Assembly: GCF_009914755.1 (NCBI RefSeq)
Contig: NC_060925.1
Reading direction: 5' to 3' (one strand)
DNA length: 64,000 nt
Origin: the human T2T-CHM13v2.0 reference genome, Homo sapiens
Of this stretch, positions 1 through 12,762 are shown one piece after another. Below the pieces are notes generated by a model that was not told where the DNA came from, ran no database searches, and was given only the letters and a program-made list of their open reading frames with translations. How positions within the stretch are numbered: the stretch's first letter is position 1; each line of letters begins with the position of its first letter. The position numbers were made by a program, and so were the translations under genes.

Positions 1-393
1 GACTGCATTTGCATTACACTGATTATTGTGAGAGAACTGAGATAAAAATGATGTATTTAATCAATTAAAATTTTATTTTAATTAATTTTAATTTAGTTAG
101 ATAATTTCATTTAATTGATACATTCAATTAATATATAATTTAATTAATATTTTTACTTAATTAAAATGTAATTATTTTAAAATATGTAACATAATTCTGT
201 ATCACTAGCCTCTTAGAGAAGGCCATATTTTACACATATGTGAAAAGTTCTTTGAAGGAGAAATTCAATATCATTATCCATATTATTTATGTGTTTTGGG
301 AAAGGTCAGGACAAGGCACTAGGGTTGACATCATTATCCATTGTGGTGGTCACTTGACTTTCCTTATTTAATTTTATTTAAATTAAAAATATT

Positions 394-703
394 GGTTGGA
401 TGCAGTGGCTCACACCTGTGATCCCAACACTTTGAGATGCCAAAGGGGGCAGATGGCTTTGAGCTCAGGAGTTCAAGACCAGCCTGGGCAACATGGTGAA
501 ACCCTGTCTCTAAAAAAAACACAAATATTAGTCAGACATGATGGCTCATGCCTGTGGTCCCAGCTACTCAGGAGTCTGAGGTCAGAGGATCCCTTGAGCC
601 TGGGAAGCAGAGGTTGCAGTGAGCCAAGATTGTGCCACTGCACTCCAGCCCGGGTGACAGAGTAAGACTCTGTCAAAAATAAAATAAAATAAAATAAATA
701 AAA
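394..703 (+). mobile_element. Alu SINE, old (AluJ-like)
   Basis: Dimeric Alu body (gcagtggctcacacctgt...gcactccagcc), J-type 'ttgagctcaggagttcaag' and 'ggatcccttgagcc', (AAAAT)n tail, heavy CpG decay. Confidence 0.9.
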
Positions 704-1059
704 TTGAATAATCTTTGAATTCTAACCTAGACTCTTACCAGGTGGAAAAACTTATCTGGAATGAAAATAAAATTAACTGAGAATTACCTCTGTGTTAGGC
801 ATTATCCTTGGCATTGTTGATTATTTCACTATACCTGAAAAATATTACAAGTCAGGCATTTTTTTTCCTCAGTATTATTTTAAGGTGGAATTTAGAAAGA
901 TATGACAACTAATAAGTCAAAAAAACTGAATGTTGGCAATAAGTTCATATGACTCGATTGAACAAAATTGTTCATTCTGTTTGAAGTTATACATTAATCA
1001 ATTTTTAAATTATAATGTCTTTTATATTTTTGCCTTTACAATAAGTAATATTCTAGTTT

Positions 1060-2060
1060 TCTTTATTATATTTTTGTCAAACAAAATCAAAAAGTAAAAT
1101 TTTAAAAATGAGAATACTTTGTTTGATTCTATGTAAATAAATATGACAACCTAAAGAAAATATGCAACTTTTTAGAGTAAATTAATCACAAAAATGAAGA
1201 AAACATTGAAAACTAAACAAAAAAAATCATATATAAAATTAATAAACATGGCAGAGTAACACTCGGATAGTGAGGTAATGAAGGGTTTAAGTTAAATGTT
1301 TAAACCTTCAGAACTTAAACCAACCAGTTGTGCTAATTCTATTTACATTATTAAAGAGAACTAAGAAATGCAATGCTTGCCAACATCTTTTATAAAAGCA
1401 GTAGAACATTGATACCAATACCTGCCAAAGGCAGGTTGACAAAAAAATCTTTCAAGCTAATTTTTGTATGTTAATACACAATCCAAAATAAAATTATATT
1501 TTAATGAACTATTAGAATAATCTACTAATATTTGAAAATAATATACCCTATAAACAGTTTATAAGTGGAATGCAAAGATGGTTCAATATTAGAAATTTAA
1601 TGTAATTAATTATGTCAATAAGTTAAAGTGAAAAATTTGTATTTTTCATAATATGGTATTAGTTAAGATAAAAGTTAAACTGCAAGACTTTAAAGTAACA
1701 CCAGACTAGGATGCAAGATGAACAAATTAGTTAAAATAGTGTGCACTGAAAACAAAAATATTCCACGTGTTACTGATTTTGAAAAATTTCAAAGTACTAG
1801 AGAACAGAAATAAAAATACATCTTGAATAACTATGACCTTTTGTCTAGAAAAGATTGATAACATAAGAGGCTTTTGTTTTTGTTTTGTTTTATCCATAAA
1901 TAATTTGTTATGACACATTATCTTGAGGAATTACAGAAACATTAGCATAAAAGAGTTTAAGTCTACAAATTAAAAAATTAAATTCTACAAGTTATTTTCC
2001 ATGTATGTCTTAGAAGAACTGCACAAAGGAGTACCAGATTTATTTAATAAGTAAATAGAA
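1060..2060 (+). mobile_element. Ancient L1 (L1M) ORF2 fragment
   Basis: 'ggaatgcaaagatggttcaatattagaaatttaatgtaatt' (~1567-1607) resembles the L1 RT segment at ~27596-27640 in this window; A-rich; boundaries approximate. Confidence 0.6.
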
Positions 2061-2095
2061 ATAAGCCAATATAAATTCTAGAAAGAATATTATAG

Positions 2096-2419
<324 letters not shown>

Positions 2420-2500
2420 AACATTTATATATTTTTACCTGACACTCTTTCTCTTAAAAAGAGAGACAGAGAGAGAAAGGAAGAAGGAGAGAAAATCTCA

Positions 2501-2618
2501 CTTCCAACCCGGATTCATATGAAAAATGACTCCATACTTATACTATCCCATTTTTTCCCCTTCCAACCCTGATTCATATGAAGCATGACTCCATATTTAT
2601 ACTACCCCATTTTTCCCC
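2501..2618. repeat. Two-copy tandem duplication, 59-bp period, diverged
   Basis: cttccaaccc(g/t)gattcatatgaa..atgactccata.ttatacta.cccattttt begins at 2501 and 2560. Confidence 0.9.
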
Positions 2619-2865
2619 TTGGCCAAAGGTTAAATGAAAGATGGGCTCAAGATCCAAGTTATGACTATTAATGTTTTTCCTCTTTGGTAAATTGACAGAG
2701 TACAGTGGTATTCCAGTCCCAGTTAAAGCTGGATTCTTGAAGAGGAAATGGAAGTGTAAAAACTGGAGAGCCTCAACACACCTTTCATATTCTTCATTTT
2801 GTACACTAGGATGTAGAGAAAGCTGGTCTGTGAAGAGAAACACTGATAGAGATGAAAAGAAAACA

Positions 2866-3172
<307 letters not shown>

Positions 3173-3629
3173 AAAAGAAAACAGCCATATAATGACATGG
3201 AGAGTAAGATAGGAAATGAAAATGAGGTTTTCCACAGTAGGGTGAGCCCTGGCTCCAGACAATTGTGAGCTAAAATGCAATTTCTCACTTGGTTTGTGAA
3301 ATATCCCAGAATCCTTATATTTAATATTACACTGTGGTCTCAGAAATGGGTGTAATATTTTTCAAAGTTTAAATTATATATTTTATCATCACTTTAAATT
3401 ATAATATTTTTGACTTTCATTCATTCAATCTTAGGGTTTCCGTGATTCTGGAGAAATTCTGAAATAATCTGAACAAAGTTGCCAAGTGTTTGTGGTAAAT
3501 CAGGGTTTGGTGTCCCAATAAAACAATAGATTTGAAATCCAGACTTAAATAAAAGACAAAAGAATTTACAAATTCCAAATTTTCTTACAAGTTAAAACAT
3601 TTTGGAGATCTGAATTTTATGTTTTATTA

Positions 3630-4598
3630 TGTAGAATATAGGTGGAAAGAAAGCAACTACAGGCTATTCCAGAGAAAACACATATGTGAGTCTGTAGACT
3701 AAACAGGGTAGGAGAGAGAGAGACAGGGGAAAATAAAAAAGTAGGAGGCAAGATACCAGTGTCTTTAGTTCTCCATTTCATCTCAATCTGGTTCATTATA
3801 GGATAAGCCTCAAGATGAAGATTGAGCAGTGATGGAAAGCCCCAAGAGAGGGATGGAGGTGGGGGTGGCTAAAAGAAAAGGAGGCTGGGGCCCTACAACC
3901 TATTGGGACTTAAGGAGGAGGCCACTTGGCTGAATATCCCACAACAATAGTAAGCAACTGCAGCTGAGTAATGATGGCTAAATGTTCGTAGATAGCCCTC
4001 CACCCTACTCTCACCTTTGATTCCACACATTCTAAACCTAATGAGGGAACTGTCTCAAAAGTCACTGTGTGCCCACAATGGGGAAGAGAGAAATCATTGG
4101 GTAATTAAGAAGGGGTCAGATGAATATCATGACTGAGCTTCAGCAGAACAGCAGTGGCAGGGGAGGCTGAAGTGGAGCCATGTCAGAACAGTGTAACCTG
4201 TTTGTACAAGGAAAAGGACCTGCAGGCACTCACTATGCAGAAAAAAAAAACAAAATAAAACATAAACATGACTTTCATCTGTCATAGATGTCAGAAGTAG
4301 ATGAGCAACAACCAAGTGGGACAAAGGACATCCTAGGGAACACCACTACTCAAATTTGAGATTTTCTGATGCCTCATGCTATGTCCAGGTACCATCTTGG
4401 CTAGGAGAAAGGGAAAAACAAACCATTTTAAAATGAAAGAGATGAGTTACCTTTAAATGACAAATTTAAAATACCATCTATCCTGGCTCCTCCCACCACC
4501 ATTAAAGAGAATCCAAGTTTCAGAAAATTAGATAAAAAGAATATGACTTTTTTCAGGTATAAGTTCAGCATATGTGAAATTTAACCACTTATCCTACA
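3630..4598. mobile_element. Possible ancient solo LTR (Gypsy/ERVL-like)
   Basis: ~970-bp segment bounded by TG...CA with imperfect inverted termini tgtagaata / tatcctaca; purine-rich interior; no TSD visible. Confidence 0.35.
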
Positions 4599-6333
4599 GT
4601 AGTAACACATGATTTCTCTTACAGCCAAAGTTCTAAGAAATGCCAGCACTGAGCAGAGAAAGAGGCTGTTTCTGTTGATCCCAACCCTACATCAGAAGGG
4701 ATATCGTCGTGGCTATGATAACTAGTAGCAAGATAGCGGCCATCCCTACACTTCTGTTATGTGGCAGCATGATCATTATTACATAATTAAATTGTTTATG
4801 TTTTACACATCTGTTTTGTTCTATGAGAGATTATCACAAATACTCTTTGGTTATCCTTGGTTAAAGACCATTAGTATTTAATCAAATAAGTTTAGTGTAG
4901 ATAATTCTTACTTTTAAGCAATTTGTTGAATTAAATCATTATGAAGATCAGAATTCCAATTTGGACATTTGTTTTCTTCCTTCAGTTATGATTTTATAGT
5001 GTAGTTGTGGGGAGTGTCTTCAAGGGAAAGAAATAACATAAGTTCAGTAAATTCAGGTCAATGGTTTATATTGAACTCAACTGGTAGTAATGAAAAACAA
5101 TATCCTTCCAACTCATGGCCTTCCTGTGAGCACATGTGAAATAAGTTGCTTGCCTAGTGAAAATCTCAAGGTGACTGAAAACATGCACATCACAATATAC
5201 TCCAGTGTGCATGTTCTAGGACATGTGTTAGGTAGTCTTGGTGAATAAGCAAGGTAACACAGTATTCTTAAGCACTCCTCCATCATTCAAGAAAAGATGA
5301 GTGCAGAGCTAGGGGGCAGTCATGGGTCAGTGTCAATGAAAAGTGAAGAAAGTGAGGACCTGCACTTTCTATTCTGCAGGTCAGTTAGGTCTTGCTGAGT
5401 CAGTTAAGACCCAGCTAGTCATCAACATCTCAGAGCAAGGTCTGCTCAGCAGGACTTTGCAGACTCTGCAAGTCCTTAAGAAATGGGTTCTGAAATGTCC
5501 AATAATAGCCACTGTAATTAAAGCAACTCCTACTCTTAAGATGCTTGGGGTATTTTGATAAATTGAGAAGTCTCTAAATCAATTATCTGTGCAAGATCTC
5601 TGAATGTTCAAATAGCAATTTAGATTGTTTTAAAAATCTGCTTTGAGTGTCTGTGCTGGGCCAAATCTGATGTTGATCCCAAAAATTGCCTTCTTCCCCT
5701 TCAAAAATATCACACCTAAAAAGAAAGCACTGGAAGACAGTCTCTTTCAAAAGTGATTTCATTATATCTTGGCTATTAATGATGGTTACAGTGTGTGAGA
5801 TATTAAATCATGACCCTGTAAGATTCTGGAACTTTTCCTCAGCCAGAATGTCATTTTATTTTAACTCTTTAAGGTTGCACATTTTTTTATCCTAATGTAG
5901 GATTTGGTGGACTGTAATTAAACGATGGTCAATGGACCTAAATTTTATGAGCAATTAGATATACTGTATTTGCTTTTTTTACCCCTCTACTGAGAATATA
6001 TGCTGGCTTTGTGGAATCACTAAGATGTATCCCTCTGCCCCCACTTGCTTTTTAGTTCCTGCTCAGTGCAAAGAACACACAGAATTCTGCAATGATGTTG
6101 TTCTATTATTGCTTGAAATATCTACTTCACATTCCACTGGAGAAATTTAATGAATACAGGAATGTAAAGTACCATTTAAGCATTTTTTCTATGTTCTCTT
6201 CACCTTTTATGTTTCTTTCACGGTATAAACTCCGTCCTCTTCCTGAAATTCCACTCCTTTTAACTGACACACAAAGCTGAAAATGGGCAGGTTTCAAAAG
6301 CCTAGAACATCTTATACTCATGCAAGAATATAA

Positions 6334-6644
<311 letters not shown>

Positions 6645-7092
6645 TATTATGACATAACTCTTTAGATACATTCAATATTTTTTAAAATTAGAAAACAAAC
6701 CCAAATCAGAATTCAGGATTCAAAATAACAAGGAAATTTGCATTGACAGATATAAGCTACTGTCACAACAGGGCCAAGTATCTTTTCTCCAAATTATTTA
6801 TTTTTAGTCATTTTCTTTAAAACATTTACACATATAATTGTTGTATTATGGTACCTATGTCCTCTTGGGAATAGGCATTGATGAGACTTATTAAATATTA
6901 TTTCATTAATAATTATGTGGCTTCCATACCTGATGATGGACATAGCTGGAAGATCATTTTCATCATTATATTTCTTTTCAAATTATTTTTATAATTTAAA
7001 AAATTATAAATAAACATTGCTGCTGTGCTGTGATCCCAAAGGGCATTATGAAAAATAGATACACACACAAATATAGGCACATATCCAATTTT

Positions 7093-7175
7093 ACATATTA
7101 TATATTATTACTAAGGGAAGGGAATATATATTATATATTGCTAAGGGACGGGAATACATATTATATATTACTAAG
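7093..7175. repeat. Minisatellite, ~30-bp unit, ~2.7 copies
   Basis: atattatatatt(a/g)ctaaggga(a/c)gggaat repeated. Confidence 0.85.
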
Positions 7176-10100
7176 CCTCTGAGGCTCCTACCACTCTTGA
7201 TTCCCATAGCAACATAGTTGTTGGATCAGTCAAAACCCCACAGAGACATATGCAAAAGTTCACATCTTTTATGCTGGACCTCCTCAGGATACTCTAATTT
7301 GCTACAGCTGCGCCCATGCCCATTCACTCCTAGGTTCTTGGCAAGCCCAGCCTTGATGGTTGACAGGTGTGGGAGCTACTGGCTCAGGGGAAAGAAAATT
7401 AACCCTATTTCTGCCAGAACCCACCCTACAATAGTTAACACATAGTTTCTTTTATAATCAAATTTCTAACAATACCGCCCTCAACAGAGAAACAAGAGGC
7501 TGATTCATTACTCTTACACTTGAATAAGGAGAATCTTCATTTCTCACCATGATCAACCAGTATAAATTTTTTAATCAGTCAGAAAGCTTTCTAGTCCTAA
7601 AAGCACTGGGACACACGATTATCACTAAGGATATTACTTAGAGGTGGAAAGATGAAGATATGAACAGCTGGTTTAGTAGTCACAGCAGAAGACCTTGAAA
7701 TATCCCTAGAAGAGAAGATTTTAGGTTGTTTGGCTTATTTGGAGAAGAACAGAAAGCCACTGCTCTGTTCCTCCTTTGCATTTTTCCCTCTTCAGAAAAG
7801 CAGGCTCTTATAAATTTTTTAAAATAATTGAGCCATTTTGAAATGGTATATTTTTGACCATTTTAATTATTTGATTTGTTTTCGTTTCTGCCTTGTGCAC
7901 AGTCAGAGGTAAACTAAAATGGCTTGTGCTGGTAGTGGGCCATCGTAAAAAGCTCAGATGACAGTGGGAAATTGCTTTTGTGATGAAGGGAAACATTAAT
8001 AAAAGCTTCTCTCATGTTTACCCTTTTAAATTGGCCCTAGAGGAGTTATTTAAAGTACCCCATTGGCAGTGGTTGGCTGATACCTTGGTTGTGAAATGTT
8101 CTCTGTCCATAGGTGGTAGTTGAGTTTGGAAATATCTACCTTTTTCTGACCTTGTTTGGTTTATCATTGAAGTTTCATTTAAACTCTTTTGTCCTCTTGT
8201 GATATGGTAAAGGCCTTAAGTCTTTGCTCATAAAGAAAATATTGTTGTGTGTCTAAGAAAATGTCACATTTTGTGTCCCACAAGGGTCTTAAGATACTAA
8301 ATCATTCTACCTGTGGCATCAGGGCTTCAATAGACGCAAGTGGCTAGGGATTTTATTTTATTTTTTAATTTACAAGAAAAGTAACCAAAGCAAAATCAAA
8401 GTAGGTTTTTTTCTTTTTAATGTGAATTTCCTGTGCTGCCCTCTATTCAACTACACATATGAGATACCCAAGAAAGTGCACTAAATAACTTTTATAGCTC
8501 ATTTGGGAGTCCCTCCGTTGAGTCAGAGAGTAAGAAAAGATTCATGTGGTTCAGCTGTCCAAGGGTATTGAGCATGAGAAACCAGCGCAAAGTGAAGGCT
8601 CCCTTAGGATGGCCTCTCTTATTCCCACTGCTGTGCCATTCCACAATGCTTGTCTTCTCACCCTCAGCAGTATGACAGGTGCTACACTCAGAGCATCTGC
8701 AAAGACACTTAGTAGAAGATGAGATCTTTTATAGAAACTTAAATGTCCTCTCTGGAGGATTCAGTTGATAAGGGTACATAGTTGGTATTCTATTTAACTT
8801 TACTTTTAGTTTTGAACTTGAAATTTTCTGCAGTGAAAGGGGAGGGGAACTTTTATCTATTCAGTAGCCTCTGAGGGCCAAGGACTTACATTAATTTTTT
8901 TGATCACTTGGTTTTTCACAACAAATTTATAAAGTATAGGTGTTTATCTGCATCTAATTTTGTAGATAAGGAAATTCCAACCATAAAAGGTTAAATTTTC
9001 TCTCACCAGGCAAATGTGTGAGAACCCAAATGTTTATTCTGATCCAAGACCATCTCTGTTTTCTGTATCAAGCTTTCTCCTCTGGAGATAAAAATAGGAA
9101 AAATGTAATAATTTTTTAAGCAACATGTCATATGATGAGTCTTGAATATTTTCTAATTGAACTTTTCTTCTTGTAACATAGAAGGAAATGACGTATAGAG
9201 AAAAAGGGACTAGCACCAAATCACACAGTTCTTTTTGTCTCTTTTATGAGTTTAAATAATATACTCTTCTCTAATCAAGTTTTTTGTATAATTTTTATAA
9301 AATTTACTTAGAATAACAGTTAGATGAGCTTTGACAACACTAGTGTAATCAGCATCACAATCAAGTTCATAGAACATTTCCATCACCCAGAAACTTCCCT
9401 TGTATTTATTTGCTGTCATTCTCCAACCTTTTACTTTAGACATCACGATAAGCTTTATGTCACTATAGATTAATTTTTCTTGATCTAGAATGTCATGTAA
9501 ATAAAATCATGTAGTGCACAGCTTCCTTAGCTTGCCATAATGCTTCTTATATTTGTTCATGTGGTTGGGGTAACTTAGTGGTCTTTTTTTTTAACTGTTA
9601 GTAGTATTTCATCATACACGTATACTACATCTTGTTTCTCCACCCACTTGCTCGCTTGTTGATGGACATTAGTATGGTTTACAGATTTTTTTTGCCTATT
9701 GAAAATAAAGCTTCTGTAAACATTTCAGTGCAAGGAATTTCATGTCTCTTAGGTAAATAATTAGTAGTAGATTTGATTGGGTGTATGTCAAAAAAATGGA
9801 CAAACTGATCTCCCCAGTGGCTATTCAATTTTATACCAGCAACATATGAGACTTACAGTTGCTCCACAACCTTGAAAACACTTGCTATTTTCAATAGTTT
9901 TAATTTTAGCCATTCTAGTAGGTATAGAGCAATATCTCATTGTGGTTTTACTTTTATTTCTGTAAGGCCTAGAAAGAGTGAACCTCTTGTTTTGTGTTTG
10001 TTAGTCATGAATGTATCTTTTTTGGTAAAATATTTAGTCAACTATTTTGCCCATTAAAAAAAAAATCTGGTTGCTAGTTTTCTTACTGAATTGTAAGAAT

Positions 10101-10692
10101 GATTTTTATATTTTGAATATAAGTCCTTTGTCAGATATATGCAATGCAAATATGTCCACCTCATCTTTAGGTTGCCTTTTTATCTTCTTGATGGTAGTCT
10201 TCAAAGAAGAGAAGTGCTGTATTAATTTTGATGAAATCAAGCTTATCAGTTCTTTTTATTTACAGTTTTTTTGCATCTCATCTAAGTAACATTTACCTAA
10301 TAAAAGATTGCAACAATTTTGTCCTATGTTTTCTTCTGGAAATTGTAAGCTTTCTAAAGTTTTTTAGTTTATTTCTGTGTATGGCATGAGGTATGGGTTA
10401 TGGTTCATTTTTTCCACAGGGATAGGAATTTGTTAAAAAGATATTTTTCCCCATTGAATAAATGCAATATCTTTTTAAAAAAATCTATTTACTATGAAAG
10501 TGTCTATTTCTAAACTCTTAATTCTGTTGCATTGATCTACCTGAATCCTTACAACAATGCTACACTGTTTTGATTACTGTAGCTTTTTAAATAAGTATTA
10601 AAATAAGGCAATACAACTTCCTTCTGAAAATGGCTTCAGCTATTTTAGGTGTTTGCATTTTCATAAAAATTTTAGAAACAGTTTGTCACTGC

Positions 10693-11010
10693 TTTTCTTT
10701 TCTTTTTTTCCTTTTTTTTTTTTTTTTTTTGAGACAGCATCTTGCTCTGTCACCCAGGCTGGAGTGCTGTGGTGCAATAGCAGCTCACTTCAGCCTCAAC
10801 TTCCCAGGCTCAAGCAGTCCTTTGACCCCAGCCTCCTGAGCAGCTGGGATCACAGGCCCATGACACCATTCCCAACTGATTTTTTTTTTTTTTTCATAGA
10901 GAAGGGGTCTCCCTATGTTGCCCCAGGCTGGTCAAATTCCTGGGGTCAAGCAAGTCACCTGCCTCTGCTTCCCAAAATGTCGGGACTGCAGGCGTGAACC
11001 ACTGCACTCA
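10693..11010 (-). mobile_element. Alu SINE (AluJ-like)
   Basis: T-rich tail, 'cagcctcaacttcccaggctcaagc' J-type arm; degenerate TSD aacag(t/c)ttgtca. Confidence 0.9.
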
Positions 11011-11663
11011 ACAGCTTGTCAATTGTTTTAAAAAGCATGACTGAATTTTTACTGGGATTGTATAGCATCTATATACTAATTTACATTTCACTTATATTTA
11101 AAGTATCTTTTAATTGTTGCAAGTGTTTTCAGTTATTCACTGTGTACATCTTGAATATATTCTGTTAAATGTATTCCTAAATATTCCATCTTTTTGTATG
11201 CCATTATAAATGGTATATTTTACTTGAAATTGTATTTTCTAATTATGTCTTGCTAGTTTAGAAATACACTTGCTTTTATATATTGCTCTTTTATCCTAAG
11301 ATCTTGTTAAACTCATTTATTTTAAACATTTTTGTTATTGTTGATGATGATTCTTCATAATGTCCTATATACACAATCATGTCATCTCTTCACAAGGACC
11401 ATTTTATTAATGCCTTCTAATATATGTATCTTTTATTTCATTTTTCTTTTCTTCTTGCACAGGCTAGACCCTCCACTATAACACTGAATAGAATTAGAGA
11501 AAACAGCTATCTTGCCTTGTTCTCTATCATAGAAGGAAGCATTCAGAATTCCACTACTAAGTATAATGGTCACGGTAAGTTTTACATACATACCTTTCAT
11601 TAGGTTGAGAAATTTTCTCTCTAAGCCTAGTATGCGGATATTTTTAAACTTAAATGAGTGCTG

Positions 11664-12762
11664 TATCAGGGGAACCTGCCCCCAATATTTCAACCTAGGT
11701 TCTTTCTATTTTCCCTAAGTGTAGGCCAGCCTGAGAAATAAAGAGAAACAGTACAAAGAGAGGAATTTTACAGCTAGGCCTCCAGGGGTGACATCACATA
11801 TTGGTAGGTCCGTGATGTCCACTTGAGCCACAAAACCAGCAGTTTTTTATTAAGGACTTGAAAAGGCGAGGGGGTGTACAAACAGGGAGTAGGTCACAAA
11901 GATTACATGCTTTAAAGGGCAATAAAGATCACAAGGCAAAGGGTAAAGCAAAGATCACAAGGCAAAGGGCAAAATCAGAATTACTGATGAGGGTCTATGT
12001 TCAGCTGTGCACGTATTGTCTTGATAAACATCTTAAACAACAGAAAACAGAGTTTGAGAGCAGAGAACCAGTCTGACCTCAAATTTACCAGGGTGAGGTT
12101 TCTTCCCCACCCTAATAAGCCTGAGGGTACTGCAGGAGACCAGGGCATATTTCAGTCCTTATCTCAACTGCATAAAACAGACACTCCCAGAGCAGCCATT
12201 TATAGACCACCCCCCAGGAATGCAATTCTTTTCCTAGGGTGTTAGTATTATATTCCTTGCTAGGAAAACAATTTAGCAATATCTCTCTTACTTGCATGTC
12301 CGTTTATAGGCTCTCTGCAAGAAGAAAAATATGGCTCTTTTTGCCCGACTCCGCAGGCAGTCAGACCTTATGGTTGTCTTCCCTTGTTCCCTAAAATCGC
12401 TGTTATTCTGTTCGTTTTCAGGGTGTACTGATTTCATATTGTTCAAACACACGTTTTACAATCAGATTTGTACAGTAGTGGTCCCAAGGTGACATACATT
12501 CTCAGCTTAGGAAGATAACAGGATTAAGAGATTAAAGTAAAGACAGGCATAAGAAATTATAAGAGTATTATTAGGGAAGTGACAAATGTCCATGAAATCT
12601 TCACAATTTATGTTCAGAGATTGCAGTAAAAACAGGCGTTAAGAAACTATAAAAGTATTAATTTTGGGAACTGATAAATGTCCATGAAATCTTCACAATT
12701 TATGTTCCTCAGCCACGGCTCCAGCAGGTCCCTCCATTCAGGGTCCCTGACTTCCCGTAACA
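11664..12762 (-). mobile_element. MER11 solo LTR (HERVK11/HML-8)
   Basis: Minus strand begins tgttacgggaagtcagggaccc; internal repeat 'aaatgtccatgaaatcttcacaatttatgttc' twice; 1099 bp; perfect 6-bp TSD GTGCTG (11658-11663 / 12763-12768). Confidence 0.93.

Noticed and set aside
12530-12710. Direct repeat inside the MER11 LTR
   Set aside because: As recalled, this duplication is an intrinsic part of the MER11 consensus
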